Assembly (NCBI GenBank): GCA_964106645.2
Contig: OZ067044.1
Reading direction: 5' to 3' (one strand)
From: Podarcis pityusensis
Taxonomy: Eukaryota
DNA length: 64,000 nucleotides
This document shows, in pieces, positions 25,759 through 39,800 of the stretch (its first letter is position 1; each line of letters begins with the position of its first letter). The notes beneath the pieces are model-generated. The model had not been told where the DNA came from. It did no database searches and saw nothing but the letters and a program-made list of their open reading frames with translations. Both the position numbers and the translations under genes were made by a program.

Positions 25759-26529
25759 CTATAAGAAAACAAAACTTAATTAGGATTCTCTGCATACCGC
25801 GTCCAATAATGGTTATCCAGTTGTCTGAACCATTTCCTTTGCTTTCATAATTGAATATTGAGGGCTCCTAACTTAACAAAAAATAAAAAAAGAATTGTCC
25901 CTCGGCAAACAGCAACTTATCTGAAGTGTTTGCAAAAACTTGTAAACCCAGGGCAATTTTCTTGGCTAAGATACAGTTTACACAGTCAAATACAAAGATG
26001 AGAACAATGCCACCTAAACATTTAGCAAGGTTGTGCCCACAACTGAGTGAAGCATATAGTTATTTCTATAAACACATTCATCAGCACCTTGGGGATATCT
26101 ATCTCAGCAGAATTTCTTTGTCCTTCACCATGTACAAAATTGTAAAGATAAAACATAGAGGTCATTCCTCAGAATCAGCCCTGAAAGCCTCAAGATGAGG
26201 CAATAATATCACTACAGTCAACTAGCGAGCTTAGTTCCCCTGCTCCGACCAATTACAGTGCCTATTAGTCTTAAACTGGTTCAGTCTTGCTACAAGAAGA
26301 CTCTGACAAAAGCAAAGAGGTATAAACATTTGCATTTTACAGCCTGATCTTGTATATCAGAAAATAAAACAAAATGAGAGGTTGTTTTGGTTTGTTACTA
26401 TAATATGTATTTTTGTGTTTTTATGTTGTAAACTACCCTGTGTTCTTCAGATGAAGGGATGTATAGAAATTTAATAAATGAAATAAATATCACCAGTGCC
26501 CTTTCTTGGGCCTGGCCTCAGTCATTCAA

Positions 26530-27180
26530 GTTCTAATGACAATCAGGTTACCATAATGCACTCTTCTGTGGGATACTCCCTTGAATGCAGCCTGGAAACT
26601 TCCAACAGGTTCATAATGCAAAGCTGCCAGAGTTCTGATTGGACCTAACAGAACAGTGAATGCTGATGGGGTTGTAGTCCAAACCATCTGGACAGCACCA
26701 GGTTGGTGAAGGCTGCAATGTACTGATTGATATTACACACATCCTTTAGCCACAAAACTGTGTACCATTTTTTTCCCCTCGATTCAGAATTGCTTTTGAC
26801 CTTTGCAGTTCTCAGTGGCCTGTAACTGGAGTATCTCAAGATTAATCTTCCTCCCCATGAGTCTAACCCTGAGGCTTTTCTCCAGATCACCCCACTATTT
26901 GATACCTGGTGAGAAGGGGAAAGTGCCTTTTTGGTTGTGATGCAACTAAACTTCTGTAATGTTCTTTGGAAAAGGTACACACAATTTTTAAAAACACAAT
27001 GCTGTTTTAAATAAGGATTCGACCACTGCTGCTTTTAAACTTGTCTTGTAAATCTGTTTTTAAAACATGTACTGTAATTGTTGCATTCCTGCTTGCTTGC
27101 AGTTTTTATTATTTATAAGATGCCTTGAATATTTTAATAGAAAGACAGGGTAGAAATGTTTAGAAATAAAACATATAATA
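26530..27180 (+). mobile_element. Old degraded L2-like fragment with a short nested repeat (~26660-26720)
   Basis: Remnants such as ggaaacttccaacaggttcataatgc (RKLQxVQNA-like) and an AATAAA-rich L2-type tail. Confidence 0.45.
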
Positions 27181-29194
27181 AATACAGCCCACTAAGGTAA
27201 GTAAATAAGCTTTATTGTACTAGCCAAAGGCCATGACTAAACCATACAAACACTATGTGGAAAAGAAATATCTATATGCCTATAAAACTATATAAAAAAC
27301 AGAGTCACTGCCTGAACCATCAAAATCATAAAATGCAGATGAAAATGTAGACTGGGGACTCCACACAACATACAATATTTTTCTATTTAGACCTCTGAAT
27401 ATCCCTTACAGTTTACTGAAATTCTGCCCAAGTTCTTCTTCCACTGAGGTGCCATATATCTTACCAGCAGAAGCTGTGTAAAGTATATCTTTTAATTTCA
27501 GTTTTAAGTACTTTTCTACTTTGCAACATCCTATTTTTAACTATTTAAACTGAGCACGTCATGATGAATATGAATGTTGAAGGTGTGTCAAGTTTCATTA
27601 CTGAAGCCTTGAGGTGCTTGACAGTAGAGGGGTCATGTTAATCTTGACAGTACAATATATATTAAATTGTGTGCAAATTTCCTACAGGTTTTGTCCTTTA
27701 GGGTCTGGAATGTTATCTACATGAATGAACCTCTGCCCTTACAAAATACAAAGACTCTCTTTTCTTGGTCCTTCCTTACATATATTTCTGCTTGAACAAG
27801 TCCTTCGCTTGAACAAAGCTCTTGGTTTATTCAGGAAAAACAGACTTCTAAATGGCAATTAATCAGAGATCTTAACAATCCTGGTGTACAAATCTCTGAG
27901 CTACTTTGGAAAATGTTTGGATTCCATTCATTTGTTTGGGAAAAGCAAGAAAGACTTCAAGTAAGCCTGCTGTGCTGTACTGATTTCAGAAAAAAGGCAC
28001 AGTCCATATTTCTTTCCCACATTGGGTAAAACAAAGAAACAGGGTGAGAAAAACTGTATACATACTTTTAGCCAAATTTTCTTAGGTGCCATTGAACATT
28101 ATTACTTTTAACTGCAATGATAACTGGGCGCCTTTCAGGGTAGAGGAGCCCAAAGGAGATCCCGTGTGCTAATGAATTTTTGTGTATGATTTGCATTCTT
28201 AAATTATCAGACAATAATGTTTTATGTCTGGTAATACTGGGTTCCTAAAGTAATGCTCTGAAACAGCAAGTTTTGCATTTTTATATGCTACAACTGCATC
28301 TCTTCCCACTGTCAAGAGCAGGACTAGACTTTGCTGTTCTGGATAATCTCCTGCAGTTACCATTGTTCACATTTGGCTAAGAAGTCTACATCAGATGTAT
28401 CTACCATAACAAACACTGCACATTTTCTTGACTACATTAATACTGATTTTTAAAAATGGCAAATAGCTGAAATCATTGCTGTCACATATAAACCTAGTTC
28501 AGCTGAAATCCATGTGCTTAGGCTTTCAAAACAGGTTTACATAATTTGGCTATTCAAAGCAGACATTTCTTTACAGAAATTTTGATGTTTTAAAGCATTT
28601 ACAACATTTTATTAAATATTTATCATTACAAGTATACAACTTCGCTCATACTATAAATTAACATTTGTAAACCAGAAACCATGTTTTAATTCCAGATGGA
28701 GAATGCTTCCTACCAAATGTAATTGCTTGCATATACTTGGCCATTGGAAAGATTTTATTTGTGAAGTGTGATTGAGAATGAACACTGACATCTGTTTGCT
28801 ACAGCAAATTCCATGTGTATTCATTACACCAAGTTTGTAGAAAGGATCTTAAATATTCAACTTGGTTGCCTTGATGCTTAATTTATTCTGAGTACTTATA
28901 GGTTTCTAAAGCAGTTCACAAGTACATTTACATGTTAAGCACTGATAACAGGAGATAGGAAGTATAAAATTATTTACTTTCTAGTAAGACTGACTTGGGT
29001 AACTTGGGTAACAATGTGGACTTGGGTAACAATGTGGAAAAACAAATTTAAAAATACAAGGTAGAATCACAGATATAAAGACCTCTTCTTTATAATCATA
29101 TATTTTAGGCAGCATTCCTACTGTTACTTACCTGGGAGGAATCCCTATTAAAAACATATAATTAATGTCTTTAAAATGATTTAGCACAACTTAC

Positions 29195-29237
29195 TTCGGA
29201 TCTGCTTTTTTATTTCCTTGGCTGGGTCCAACCAATT
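29195..29237 (-). CDS. EPB41L3: EPB41L3 FERM exon (NWLDPAKEIKKQIR-S)
   Basis: 43 nt, tttcag acceptor, GTAAGT donor, phase 0/1. Confidence 0.95.
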
Positions 29238-29299
29238 CTGAAAATAAGTATTTAAAATATTTGAATGTACAAACATGTTTTTAAAGTCATCAATAAGAA

Positions 29300-29605
29300 C
29301 AACAGCAACAATAATTTGTTTATACCCTGTCCATCTGACTGGGTTGCCCCAACCACTCTGGGTGGCTTCCAAAGTATAAAAACACAACTGTGCATCAAAT
29401 ATTTAAAACTTCCCAAATACAGGGCTGCCTTCAGATGTCTTCAAAAGGTTGTGTAATTGTTTATCTCTCTGACATCTGACGGGAGGGCGTTCCACAGTGC
29501 GGGAGCCACTACTGAGAAGGCCCTCTGCCTGGTTCCCTGTAACCTCACTTCTCACAATGAGGGAACCACCAGAAGGCGCTCAGAACTGGATCTCAGTGTC
29601 CAGGA
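29300..29605 (-). mobile_element. L2-type LINE 3' fragment in the short intron between two FERM exons
   Basis: The reverse strand encodes the RAFSVVAPALWNALPSDVRE-like C-terminus; homologous to 4580-4865. Confidence 0.8.
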
Positions 29606-29812
29606 ATGACAGGGACCCCACTCCATTATGAAAAGTGCAACACTGTTGCTGTCAGGAGGATGCTACTGCTTCCACTGCCAGCTCTCTGACCAGTTTTGAA
29701 GGCTGATGTTTCTGACAACACAATCTCAGTATCATTAATACGACTGGATTTGATATATTTTCCCCATTTTATCCTTTCTTTATGAATTTCCTAAATTCTT
29801 GTCTAATTTTAC

Positions 29813-29917
29813 CTTTTGGCTTTCCATATCTTTGTATGTTAACCCGAAGTAATCTTTTTCCAGCAGGTTCAGATGTTCACATACTTTGTCAAACAGCACC
29901 TGGCCTTTTGAACGTTT
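29813..29917 (-). CDS. EPB41L3: EPB41L3 FERM exon ([35 protein letters not shown])
   Basis: 105 nt with AG/GT boundaries; read directly from sequence, not in the ORF track. Confidence 0.96.
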
Positions 29918-32900
29918 CTACAGAGAAAGTATAGGAAATAAAATGTTTGAGTATCAAAACATGAACCTTTAAAAAAATCAAGACAGCTTAAAAGAATTAA
30001 GTGAACATTCATTTAATTTCATGCTAAAAGTTTGATATTAACTGGCTCATAATATGAATTTTCCATGCCTGAAATACTTCCTTCTGTTGCAAGGTATGTT
30101 GCCTTACCATTAAATTATTACTTTAATTGCAATGAAAACATAATGGGAAGGATCCATCCCACGCAGCTCACAAAATTCAGTTTTCCTGGCCCCTTCTCCA
30201 CACTGAACCCATCCCAAAAAACAGAATGGCACAGGGTGGGACATGGGAGACTGCAGCAGGAAGGAGAAATTAGCAGAGTTTTTGGGGAAGAGGGTTCCCC
30301 TAAATGCAGCTTTCGATCCAAGTCTGTTCTCTTCAATATTATTTTCAACAGGCCCAATAGTAGGGACCATTTTCAGCACATATGCAGAAGTTGAAAGCGT
30401 TAACGTCTTATTGGCTCTCAATGGAACTGTCCTGATTTCTGAAATTAAGTTGGACTTTTTGTAAAACTGAATATAACTTACCTAAAATTAGAATGTCATG
30501 GTCCCAGGGCTAGGAACATCAAGTATGCCTAAAGGGCAGGATATGCATCATGCAAATGTAATTTTTATAGCAGTGAATGCATAGGGGTTAAGGAAAACCA
30601 AAGCTGATTGTTTCCCCAGGGGTGGGGGTGGTGTTCCTCTTGATCAAAGAATTCTGCACACAATCCAAGAGAGGATTTCATGGTTGTCTAGATAATGCAT
30701 TGCCTTCCCTGCACTTGCAAAGGAATTTCCAAACAGCACTGCAGTAAGACATTATGGGCCAATTTAAAATGAAGAATTCTTTTTTTCAATACGGCATTCA
30801 TGACTCAATTACGATTGAGCCAGGGGGACTTTGCTCACCACTAGACGAAATATGTTGGGGTGGAAGAGTTTAAAGAACAAGATAACACAGATGTGATAAT
30901 ATCTAGTAAGATGAATAACCATGACAACATATTGAAGGAAATGTAAATTACTGTAGCATGAAAATACATTTTGAAACTTTTGAGATAATTTACTGAGGGG
31001 ATTAAATGAAAGCAGGGCAGGGGTTTAATAAAGCTATCTGGAATCTGAAATAATATTCACTGTTATCTGGGCTGAATTCACCATTTTGAGAATTTTGACA
31101 GCATTAGCAAAGAATAACACACACAGCACACAAGCATCAACAATCAAGCGGAACCGCTCCCTGGTCTCCAGCCTTTGACATCTTCACCTCTGCAGCTTAG
31201 CTAACCTATAAACAAACCTCAAGCTCCCTTCACCGGAGATGCAACTATGGACACTTCTCAGTATGCCCCTCATTCCTTTGTGGCAGATGTCACTGCAAGA
31301 CGTGCACACTGGCCCAAACACTGGGCACTGACACTCTTCTCAACAGTTACAAACTGGAGTTCACCTCCAATCTGTCACCGAGATTCTTTCTGTCTCCGAT
31401 ATCCAACAATCCACAAAAATGCTCCAGTGAACTGCTTTGAGTTTCTGAATCAATATTTTAAGCTACAATATGTGCTATCTACATTAAGTGGTAAGAGTTC
31501 ATGTGCTTTCCTTTAACAGTGCATGTATGTTTACCTTTTTGAAGAAACTGTTTCAATTCAGAAAGAAGTTTGAAAATTTCGGGGATATTATATTAGTTTT
31601 CAGATTAATCACTATAAAACAGAGTGATTATGTAATGTGTACTCTTGATTATTTAACTGATTTCAGCATTTGTATGTCACCCCAGAAAATTTAGCTCTCT
31701 GGGTGGTTTATAACGAATAGTAAAATAAAAATAGAAATGTAAATATATGAAATAAAACATGAAACCATAAAAACAAAACAAAAAAGCTCTTCATACCCCC
31801 CAAAATCAGAAGCACAAATTTAAAAACTGTGAGGCCCAGAATATATAAGATATTTAGGAAGCCTAGCTGAACAGAAATGACCTTGGTGATGAAAATATCA
31901 CAAAGCTGGTGCCATGAGAGACTCACTGGGGAGGATGTTCCATAACCATAGTGCCACTGCTAGAAAAGCCCCTCTTCCTGATGTCTACCTGCCTCATTTC
32001 ATTTGGTGAGGGCAACTAAAGCAGGATATATCTGAATATAATGCTCTAGAAAATCCAGGAATTATTTTGATTGTACACCCCTCAGACTGAGATTTCTGAA
32101 CTATTTTGTTTTAGGAAACATAAACACTGTCAGGCGAAGATGCCTAAAAACACCCAAAAAGCTTTATAACCGTGAGGTACAAAACATAACAGGAATGCAC
32201 TATCTGCATTAAAAATAATGAGTAATCTCAACAACATTACAAGTGCCATTCTTAAACTAATTTGTACTGAAACAAAATTATGCTAATTCATTTCATTCCA
32301 CAGCTTCCCCCAAAGGCTATACATTTAGACTCAAATTATTAAAGTTCCTCAGAAAGAAATAATGAAAAAGGGGAAGTCACTATGCAATTATCTATAGAGT
32401 CCTCAAGAAATCATTTAGGATGATAGAAATGGGCAGTACATAGGAAGAAGAAAATGATGTTTTCCACCAAACTGTCAACTTTGCCTGAGTTTTTCCAGGT
32501 TATTTTGCAAAAGGGGAAAAAGATTTTATTATCTCCATTTAGAAGACTGAGAAAAATATTAAAAAACCAATAAACCTCTCCAAGGTGGAAACAACAGGGG
32601 ACAGTTACTCTTTGTGTTCCTTAATTGCCACACATTCTAGATTCAGTTTTCACCAGCATAAGGCTTGTACTAAACACCAACTACTTGACAATCACTTAGG
32701 GATGTAAATTGAAGGAACTAATTCAAGACAGATAATTGGCAAGAGCCATGATTGTGGGTTTGTTTTTCTGTAAATCCTTTGCAACACCCTTTTATGTACA
32801 CCTAGCAAGAAGTTCCAGATCAATTTAACAGGGAACATGATAAATGCTAAAAAGAACTATTTCGGTAATATCTAACACCATATGCTTTCAAATATGGGTC

Positions 32901-33589
32901 AGTAGCTTGCAGTACTAAAGTGTAATTAGACAGTAAGGTAGAGGTGCTTGCTTAATTGGAGGAACAAGTGTGATACTTGATTTTTCTGGGATTTTGTTGT
33001 CCATTTTAGTATCTGTCAATGCAGATGTGCTAGCTGAAAGACTGTTGGGAGATCATTAACAAAATTGCTGGGCTCAGAATTATATTAAAATTCAAGGGTG
33101 CAATTTGCATCTATTTGCATTTTCATGATGACAGTACAGCACCTTGTCAATTTAAAAGCCAGGCAAGGTCAAAAATCAAAGATGTTTCAGCTGGCAAATC
33201 CATATGCTGGCAACAGCTGACTGCTTTGATAAGCAATAAGCAGTTGGTTAAAGGTGTTTTACTGGAGGCCTGCAGGAGGCAGGTGCCTTTTTTAATATGT
33301 AACTTTAAGAGGTGAACATTCGTTGGCAGCAAATATACAACAAGTGACCAAACATTGAAATTCAAATTACCATCAAAACCCCATTGTGTTGGATAGGAGA
33401 GGATAAGGGAACACACAACAATGGTTTGCAATATACCAGTTAAATTAGCACTCCATGTAATTTCTGATGTGCACATTCCACTGTGGCTTCATCTGACTTG
33501 TAACGAGATCAAGCAAACAAAAGTATATGCTTGTTGGAAACAGATATGCAGGCAACCATGTATATAGCACATATCCCAAAAACGTGTTT

Positions 33590-34060
33590 ATTAATTTATT
33601 TAGAAAAAAATGTATGAACTACTTAATCAAAGCTGTATACATAAAGTAACATAAAATAATTGTCAACGATACCCCCCCCCAAATCAGCTTTTTTTAAAAA
33701 AAGCAAATATACAAACACTAAATTGCATGCCTAGGTAGACTTGTTGAAAAAAAAATGAAACAATATAGCGTGGGTGGCTGCCTAAGAAGAAGTGTTCCAA
33801 AGCACAGATATTGCCACACTAAAAGATACAATGCTCCACAAAAGAGGAACAAAATCCCAAAAATAGAAGTGGCTGAGTAAGTACACGTGGAGCAAGGTGA
33901 TCCTTCAAGTAAACTGGCCTCAAGCCACTCAGGGCTTTATATACCAATAGGAAAACCTTGAATTTGGCCAGGTAATAAAGAGGAAGTCAGTGCAGGTCTT
34001 TAAGTAAAGGTAATATTGTGGTAAGATCTCAGTCCTGCCAGCAGTTGTGTTGCATTTAGA
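33590..34060 (-). mobile_element. Degraded L2-like fragment
   Basis: cagggctttata...ccttgaatttggccagg resembles the 61400-62000 copy. Confidence 0.5.
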
Positions 34061-35177
34061 CTGTAACTAAAGAGAACCAAAGGGATTATATTTCAGTTAG
34101 TAGTTTCCTTCCCTACTAACAGTACAAACCAACTCTAGGCCTGAAAGAATTAAGAGTCTGGCAACACACCATTCAATTATTTTTTAAAAAAAATCAATGG
34201 TGGCAACAGGACTAAATAATTTATTCATCCCAAACCATTATTTATTGTTGCCTTCGCTGAAAAGAAAAGGAGATGGACAAAGAGAGACTCTAGCCCCGCA
34301 AGCTCTAGATCTTAGTCCCAAAGCATTTTTATGTTCCAGATTGCTTCACCAATCACTTTTGCAGTTTCCTTTTGCTTCTCAAGTCTTTAAAATGTATTCT
34401 TACAATTTTGCCTGTTCTTCCCACTATATTAGGACAATTCTTCCTCAGTTCACCTTAGCTGCTATTTACATTACAAAATGTGCATATTAATTCCATGAGT
34501 ACAATTGATGTCTCAAATGGTTTGGCCCCTGACACCAACAATTTGTTCAAAGAGCTGCAATTTTAAAGCCTCTATGGCACAAAAAGTGCTGTATTTTAAT
34601 TTATTTTAACTGCTGATTTACCGCTGGTTATATTATAAATGATTTGCATTTGTAGCATAACCAGCAATAAATTGTATTGTATTGATTTTATAGTCATTTG
34701 TATTATATTGAGAGCTGCACTGGCTGAATAATTATATACAAATACACAAAATGAATGAATAAGTAAATGTTTAATATAAGAAAGCAGTCAGTTTAACTCA
34801 AGCTAGTCCATGGACCTTAGAATTCATCTTCTGAAGTTTCTCAAGTAACCTTAAGCACCCAACAGCCTAGCACTAAAGTATCCTGGCCCATAGCCAACAG
34901 CAGCCTGAAGGACCGTGGTACCCGGCCCTGGGAGCCCACCCCCTCATATACTGAGTAAATCACACTGGCATTGAAAAAAGAAATGAAATCAGAGGCTGAG
35001 AAGAAATTGCAAGCCTCATGGCATTAGAGGGAAAAGTGGACACAATATGGAGGAGGTTTGACTACAGTCACAGTCATACGAATGAGTCCTTTGTTAGTTT
35101 GCAAATAAATATATGGGTTATCACAATTTGCGGCAAACAATGTTAAACATTAACTCGTTAGTATAAAGTAGTTTGTG

Positions 35178-35182
<5 letters not shown>

Positions 35183-35223
<41 letters not shown>
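35183..35223. repeat. (TA)n microsatellite
   Basis: Seen directly. Confidence 0.97.
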
Positions 35224-35226
<3 letters not shown>

Positions 35227-35411
35227 GTAACTCACAACTTACACACATTTAACTTGTGTCTGTTCAGCACTTGGCAGATAAATAACTAAATTAATATGTA
35301 GAAAGTGGGCAGGGTTCTGAGAAAAATGACTTTGGCAATCCCACCCGCCATTGAACCCAGTAGGTTTAGACTTTATGTGCAATCCCCAGAGTGTAAGCTG
35401 AGAATTGCCTG
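35224..35411. mobile_element. Diverged Tc1/mariner-type MITE abutting the (TA)n tract
   Basis: TA|caggtaactcacaacttacac ... gtgtaagctgagaattgcctg|TA imperfect terminal inverted repeats. Confidence 0.7.
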
Positions 35412-35443
35412 TATGTGTATGTCATTTACAATACCAATAATTT

Positions 35444-35546
35444 AATGTCACAGTTCTTAAACAGAGTTTTCTTCCTTTTTATGTATCCTTTGAAGAATGT
35501 CACAGTTCTTAAACAGTTTTCTTCATTTTTATGTATGCTTTTGAAG
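35444..35546. repeat. Two-copy ~52-nt tandem duplication
   Basis: aatgtcacagttcttaaacag...tttgaag at 35444-35495 and 35496-35546. Confidence 0.9.
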
Positions 35547-36747
35547 ATATGTATCGGTTTGAAAATGGCTTAATATAGAGCACCCACATAATTTAGCAAT
35601 AATGATTGAAGTATGCGAGGAAATATTGACTACAAATTAAACATCTGGTGGATTATTATAAATGCCTATTATTCAGTTTAAATACTAGGGTATACTTTGG
35701 GGAAATTTCTTAGGACAGAGAAATAATGAAGAGATAAAGCAATTTTACAAGCTAATTGTTCTCCCGAAACTGTTTGTGTCTCGGACTTTTGCACTGGGAG
35801 AATGTTTAATAGAGTACAAGCTCAAGACTATGGCTCATTATATGACAATCTCTACAGAGTGTTTCTCAGCTACAAAGGGAACTATGGGACCTGCCATTTG
35901 CCATATAACCAATAAAGAATCTACACCATGGATAGATGCTCTGAAGCAACAAGCCCTTCAAAGTGTTCAAAGAGTGCTATCATTCTTCTTTCAATCTTCC
36001 TCTTCAGGGTAAACATGCCAAATCCCTTCACCAATTTTTCATAGGAAGGAGTATCCATAATGTGAGAATCTTCACTACCCTCCTATGGATGCCATCTAAA
36101 CTTCCTGTATCTATCTTAAAGTAAAGCACCCAGAAGTGGACACTGTGCTGCTGAAGATGACTGTGTAATGCAGAATAAAGTGGACCTAAAATGAAATCAG
36201 CAAAGAAATACGTCACACCACCTAGAAAAGGGAGTAGGCCAGTGAGCAAACTTTTAGACTAAATAAGAACATGGGTCCATCCAGACTGAAAGAAAAAACA
36301 GAATGCAGTATAGACATTATATTACCAGGTAGCAAAGAGGGATCAATAAGCATATCACACACACACACCCTGTGAGAAATAGAAAGAAAGAAATATATAC
36401 ACACAAAAATACACACACCTGTCTATGTAGGGCAAGGACAGTTAACCTTTTTTCTGTCAAAGGAAATTGAGGACTGGCCACCTCTCAGAGGGTGACATAC
36501 CAGTGGTGGCTATGGCCAATGCACATGTGTGGAGGCACACAATCAGCATACAGATAGGCAGGAAGGAATGCACACCGAGTCAAACATTTGGGCATGCAAC
36601 ACCGCATTTATGACTTTAAAATGCTTTGGTTCTGCTCTCTCACAGCAGTGCTAGAGTGGGAGGCTTTCCTACTCAACTCTGCATCTAGAGCAAAGCGAAA
36701 GCATTTCTCAATTGCAGTGCTAAGAAATGAGGCAATCCTACCTCGGC

Positions 36748-36873
36748 ACAGGTGCCTTTGCCAGGCAAGAATACATTTGAACGTGTTGATTGAATGATTG
36801 AACACATTGATTTGTTTTTCTTCTCCATTAATCAACACATTCAAATGTATTCTTGCCTGGCAAAGGCACCTGT
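36748..36873. repeat. 44-bp inverted repeat with 38-nt spacer
   Basis: Arms 36748-36791 and 36830-36873 are reverse complements with one mismatch. Confidence 0.92.
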
Positions 36874-39800
36874 TCTGCTCTTCTGGTTTGGTACTACTGC
36901 AAAAAAGAAAAGAAAGTTTTCCTTCCTGTTTCCTGAGCTCGAAAACCTTGCAATAGTACCATTTGTAGGGAAAGCTGAGGCAGAGGCTCCTGATTTCTGG
37001 AGCACTGGTGATACCCTACAGTATCCCTCAGCAGAACATTTTTAAAGCAACTAATTGCCAAATTATTGAGCGTCCTGGGAGCCACCCAAACCGCTTGGGG
37101 GGGGGGGGCAAATTCAGTCTATCAGCCAGAGATCACATACCCTGATATAGGGTCAGGAAGTAAACATAAACAACTTGAAACATCACTTTACCCATCCTAA
37201 ACCAACTATAATGATCCCTTTAGTGAAGAAAAGCCTGAAGGTTTAGCCAGTTGTCAGGAACACTTTGTCTGTAATACAGTAATAGCACATGTCCACCACT
37301 TCCAGTTGACTGATTTCAATGTTTACAGTAGGTCAGTCATATGAACTGTTGACTTCTGGGCAGAAACAATTTAACTGTACAAGTTCCTTTCTTGTGATAT
37401 CGGCATTTAAAAGCCCGAAAAGCTAACAATGTTCCACCAAACTTTTCTCTTAATGCAGGAGGTCTAGGTTAAGAGTTTGCAAGCAGAACAGTATGTAAAA
37501 TTTAAGGGAGTGAACATTCAGAGTATGCCTCTATTTGCATTTTCCCCCTTTCCCAATACTAATATAGCCTCTTTGTAACAATAGGGGAGTGTCCCATCCT
37601 ACACCAGCCTAATCTAAATAGCAGGTTTGCTCATGTGTGAGTGAGAGAGAGTGCACACAGGTGACAAGATTAATACCACCCATTTTCATTTTAAATCCCA
37701 TGAGATTTATGACACGATGTTGCATAACTATTTCTTGCAGTAAAAATGTCACTGCACATATACATTCCCTAGCATTAGAACATAGGAAGATGGCTTATAT
37801 ACAAACTTTTACTGACTAAACACCCATTAGCTTGTTCAATTAGCTTGGTATTGTCTACACTGACTTGCAGGGTCTCATAGACTTGGGACTTTCTGAATGC
37901 AAGGCAAATGTTCTGTCCCTGATAGTCTTGTAGTGAATTCTCTCAGTGCAAATATAGAAAATACAGAATTACCATATAGCCTTGTGTCTGAATGCTGAAA
38001 CACCTATCCTTTGAGAATGGATGATAAAGTTTGACTAAGAAGCTTACTGCTAACATTCTTCTATCAGTTATCATTCCATCAAAATATGAGTTTTGTCACT
38101 TTGCTTAAGAACTGCAGGCAGTCAACAGATTAATAACATTTAAACTGATTGGATTCAGCTAAGAAATGGAAATACCAATAAATGAGACAACAACAATAAT
38201 AATATGCAATACTTTAAAGACTTGTAAAAATTCACTGAGTTATCCTGGTACTGCCACACAGGGAACCCTCCTTTAAAACAGTTGCAACACAGGCAGCTAT
38301 TGGTGCATCATCTTTAGCACTGATTTGCAAACTCAGGGTTACGGTAGCTGAAAATCCTTTGAACATTCTTAATCAAAATCCTAAAATACCCTTGGTTCAC
38401 TTCTGTCGGGGGGAAAATGCTTCACAAATGCACAGACACTCCTTACTATGTGGCTTGTAAGGAAGAGCAAGGTGGCAATTTATACACATTCATGGGAGTA
38501 AGCCCCATTGAACTTAATGTCTCTTACTTCTGAGCAAATGTGCACATGATTGCGCTGTAACCCTTACACATGCAGGCTAGCTTGTTGGCCTGAATTAACA
38601 CCTTGTTTCTATCAGGGCATTTACTCCAGACTATTTTCCTTTGTTCTCCTTCTTCATTCACAGGCCATTGCATGCATGCCAGCAAATGAATTATCTTGAA
38701 TAAAATATTCATTTGTTCTAAGCATAAAGACACAAAGAGAAGTAGCGTTTGGCATTTCTGGCCATGTTGTTCTTAGGCCACAATAATAGTTTTGCCATGT
38801 AATGTAGAAATCCCATAACAAAAATTTGGTGACAACCTTTCTTGCTACTCAACTGGCAACAGCTTAACTCATTCAAGCAGCAAACTAAAATGTTAAATAT
38901 CTGTTACCTAAAATGTCACGTGGGAACCATTAATTTGTGTCTTCTAGTTATCCAAAATAATGGCCTGTAGTAACATGCCTGTAGCACAATGAGTAGCTTA
39001 TTTTTGTTTTATAAAGAGCTTAGTTCAATAATACAGTGTTAAATTTCAATTTGTGAACTACAAATGTAGATATTTTAAACACACATTCTTTTGCTACTCT
39101 ATCATAGATTGTTTCTTTATTCCATATAGCATGTTTGGATCTGTCTGTATTAAAAATGATCCTTGCTGTGCAATTTTAAAAACTTGCTTAAAATGTAATG
39201 CTCATGATATGAAGGAATAGTACAGCACAATTCTATGCATTGTTTACCCCAATGTAAGCCCCACTAAATACCATGTGTGTACAGGATTGCAGTCTACAAC
39301 CTCCACTGAATCTCATACTGCCTCTGTGTTGCAAGTACACATTAATGTAAATGAAGCTTCATTAGAAATAAACGTCTTATGATCGGTTAGAAAGTGTTGC
39401 TAATACTCAGTTATGGGTTTCTGATTTTTCCATTTAATTTCACACACACCCTTTAATCTTTTAAACAAACAAACAAAAAAAATAGTGCTGGAGACAAATG
39501 GCAATGCTAACAATTTACCCAGCAACACAGTTGCATTATATCTGCATTTAAAATGTCTTCTTCTAATAGATTTTCAGTGTGCAGATCAATGTCTCACACT
39601 TTTGTATATTATAGTAACAATCATACAAGTGTCAGTGACATTGTATAATATGGCACGCTTTCTATTGGGGCCAAGAGTTTATTTTTAATAACCCTTGAGC
39701 TCACAATCCTAAAAAGCCAGCACTAATCTAAACAGAAAAAAGCCCCAACAACCAAAGGATTGCTAAATCCCAGTAAGAAGATTGGTGACCTAGTCCTCAT

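Noticed and set aside
28990-29040. Short duplication gacttgggtaacaatgtg
   Set aside because: Ordinary local slippage duplication with no sign of function.
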